Assembly (NCBI GenBank): GCA_019244185.1
Contig: JAFATB010000022.1
Location: 160,001 to 224,000 of the forward strand
DNA from: Acidobacteriota bacterium
Lineage (GTDB): Bacteria > Acidobacteriota > Thermoanaerobaculia > Gp7-AA8
Length of the DNA stretch: 64,000 nucleotides
Direction of reading: 5' to 3'
Position numbers and translations under genes: made by a program. Under the pieces are notes generated by a model, which worked only from the letters and a program-made list of their open reading frames with translations, was not told where the DNA came from and searched no databases. This document shows positions 62,814 to 64,000 of the stretch, piece after piece. Position 1 is the stretch's first letter. Every line of letters begins with the position of its first letter.

Positions 62814-64000
62814 CGCGGCGCTCGCGCGTTGTCGTCCCGCTCCTCTTCGGCGCGGCGCTGTTCGCCGTCTACGCGTTCCTAGCGGCGAACGCGGCGCTCA
62901 TCGCGCGCGCGGGCTTCGATCCGGCGCGCGTGCGCAATGCGGCCAAGTTCATCGCCCTCGTCCCGATCATCTTCGCCGCGGTACGGCTGCTCGATCTGCT
63001 CGCCTTCGACGTCGTCGCGCCGCGCCGGCGGCAGGTGCACGCGCCGATGCTGCTGCGCGAGATCGTCTCCATCGCGCTCTACTTCGTCCTCTTCGGCTAC
63101 GCGCTCTCGGCCATCTTCGAATACCGCGTCACCGCGTTCCTCGCCACCGGCACCGTCGTCGCCGCGGTTCTCGGTCTCGCGCTGCAGGAAACGCTCGGCA
63201 ATCTCTTCGCCGGCATCGCGCTGCATCTCGAGGACAGCTTCACGATCGGCGACGTCGTGCGCACCGGCGACTACTTCGGCGTCGTCGAGGCGGTGCGCTG
63301 GCGCGGCACGCGGATCCGCACGTTCAACAACAACCTGGTCATCGTGCCGAACTCGATCCTCGCGCGCGAGCGGTTGGAAGTCTTTCCGCGCAACAACCTC
63401 AACGCGCGCGTGCTGCAGGTCGGCGTCGACTATCACGTCCCGCCGGAAGCGGTGATCCGCGTGCTCGCGCAGGCCGCGGCGAACGTCGACGGCGTGTCGG
63501 CGGAGCTGCCCGTCGTCGCGCGCGTGGGCGGCTTCGCGGAATCGTCGGTGACGTACGAGGTGAAGTACTACACGCACGACTTCTCGACGCGCGACCGCAT
63601 CGACGCGGAGATGCGCAAGGCCATCTGGTACGCGCTGCAGCGCAACCAGATGCCGATCAGCTTTCCGGTGCGCGCGATGCAGACGTACGAGCCGCCGCCG
63701 CCGCGCCACGTGCCGCAGCCGGACGAGATCGTGGACCGTTTGGCGAAGATCGACATTCTCTCGCCGCTGCCGCGCAAGGCGCAGCAGGCCATTGCCGCGG
63801 CGGCGCGCGTGCTCGTGTTCGCGCGCGGCGAGACCATCATCCGCGGCGGCGCCGCCGGCGACTCGATGTTCGTCGTGCATGAAGGCAGCGTCTCGGTGCG
63901 CGCCGGCGGCGAGGAAGTGGCCACGCTCGCGCCGGGCGACTTCTTCGGCGAGATGGCGCTGCTCACCGGCGAGTCGCGCACGGCGGACGTCGTGGCGCTC
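62810..64000 (+). CDS. MscS-family channel with C-terminal cyclic-nucleotide-binding domain (partial, runs off window)
   Basis: Hand translation: VLGLALQETLGNLFAG, IVPNS (MscS); GDSMFVVHEG, GDFFGEMALLTGESRTA (cNMP). Not in the ORF track because it has no stop in the window. Confidence 0.9.
   Translation, partial: MTRRSRVVVPLLFGAALFAVYAFLAANAALIARAGFDPARVRNAAKFIALVPIIFAAVRLLDLLAFDVVAPRRRQVHAPMLLREIVSIALYFVLFGYALSAIFEYRVTAFLATGTVVAAVLGLALQETLGNLFAGIALHLEDSFTIGDVVRTGDYFGVVEAVRWRGTRIRTFNNNLVIVPNSILARERLEVFPRNNLNARVLQVGVDYHVPPEAVIRVLAQAAANVDGVSAELPVVARVGGFAESSVTYEVKYYTHDFSTRDRIDAEMRKAIWYALQRNQMPISFPVRAMQTYEPPPPRHVPQPDEIVDRLAKIDILSPLPRKAQQAIAAAARVLVFARGETIIRGGAAGDSMFVVHEGSVSVRAGGEEVATLAPGDFFGEMALLTGESRTADVVAL

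Overview
GC-rich bacterial chromosomal region. The gene content (IPTL-CTERM/DUF11 adhesin, FecR-DUF6600 protein, delta/Acidobacteria-type pilMNOPQ and sdhCAB) suggests Acidobacteriota, probably Thermoanaerobaculia; this is an inference. From left to right it holds: an orphan gene; an isochorismatase/GlxA-type regulator pair; a complete His-Xaa-Ser radical-SAM system (hxsA-D-B-C) with an unusually elaborated HxsA, preceded by a six-CxxC zinc-finger membrane protein; an MdtABC RND pump; a dicarboxylate symporter; ahcY; an AT-hook-like basic protein; a DesK/DesR-ABC module; sdhCAB; two PLP enzymes; a PA2779/PA2778-like precursor/C39-peptidase pair; rel; a GGDEF protein; rpmB; pilMNOPQ with two lipoproteins; a TPR/roadblock-accB-accC-aroK cluster; a giant DUF11-repeat adhesin; and an MscS-cNMP channel cut by the window edge. 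Three signals stand out. First is the extended Hxs system. Second is a three-copy palindromic element built from a stop-free heptamer (GCAGAAC), always open on the coding strand: it bridges adjacent genes twice and once forms a lipoprotein signal peptide. Third is a candidate nucleoid protein with GRP repeats. No rRNA, tRNA, CRISPR array or transposase was recognised. All family assignments are from motif recognition, not database searches.
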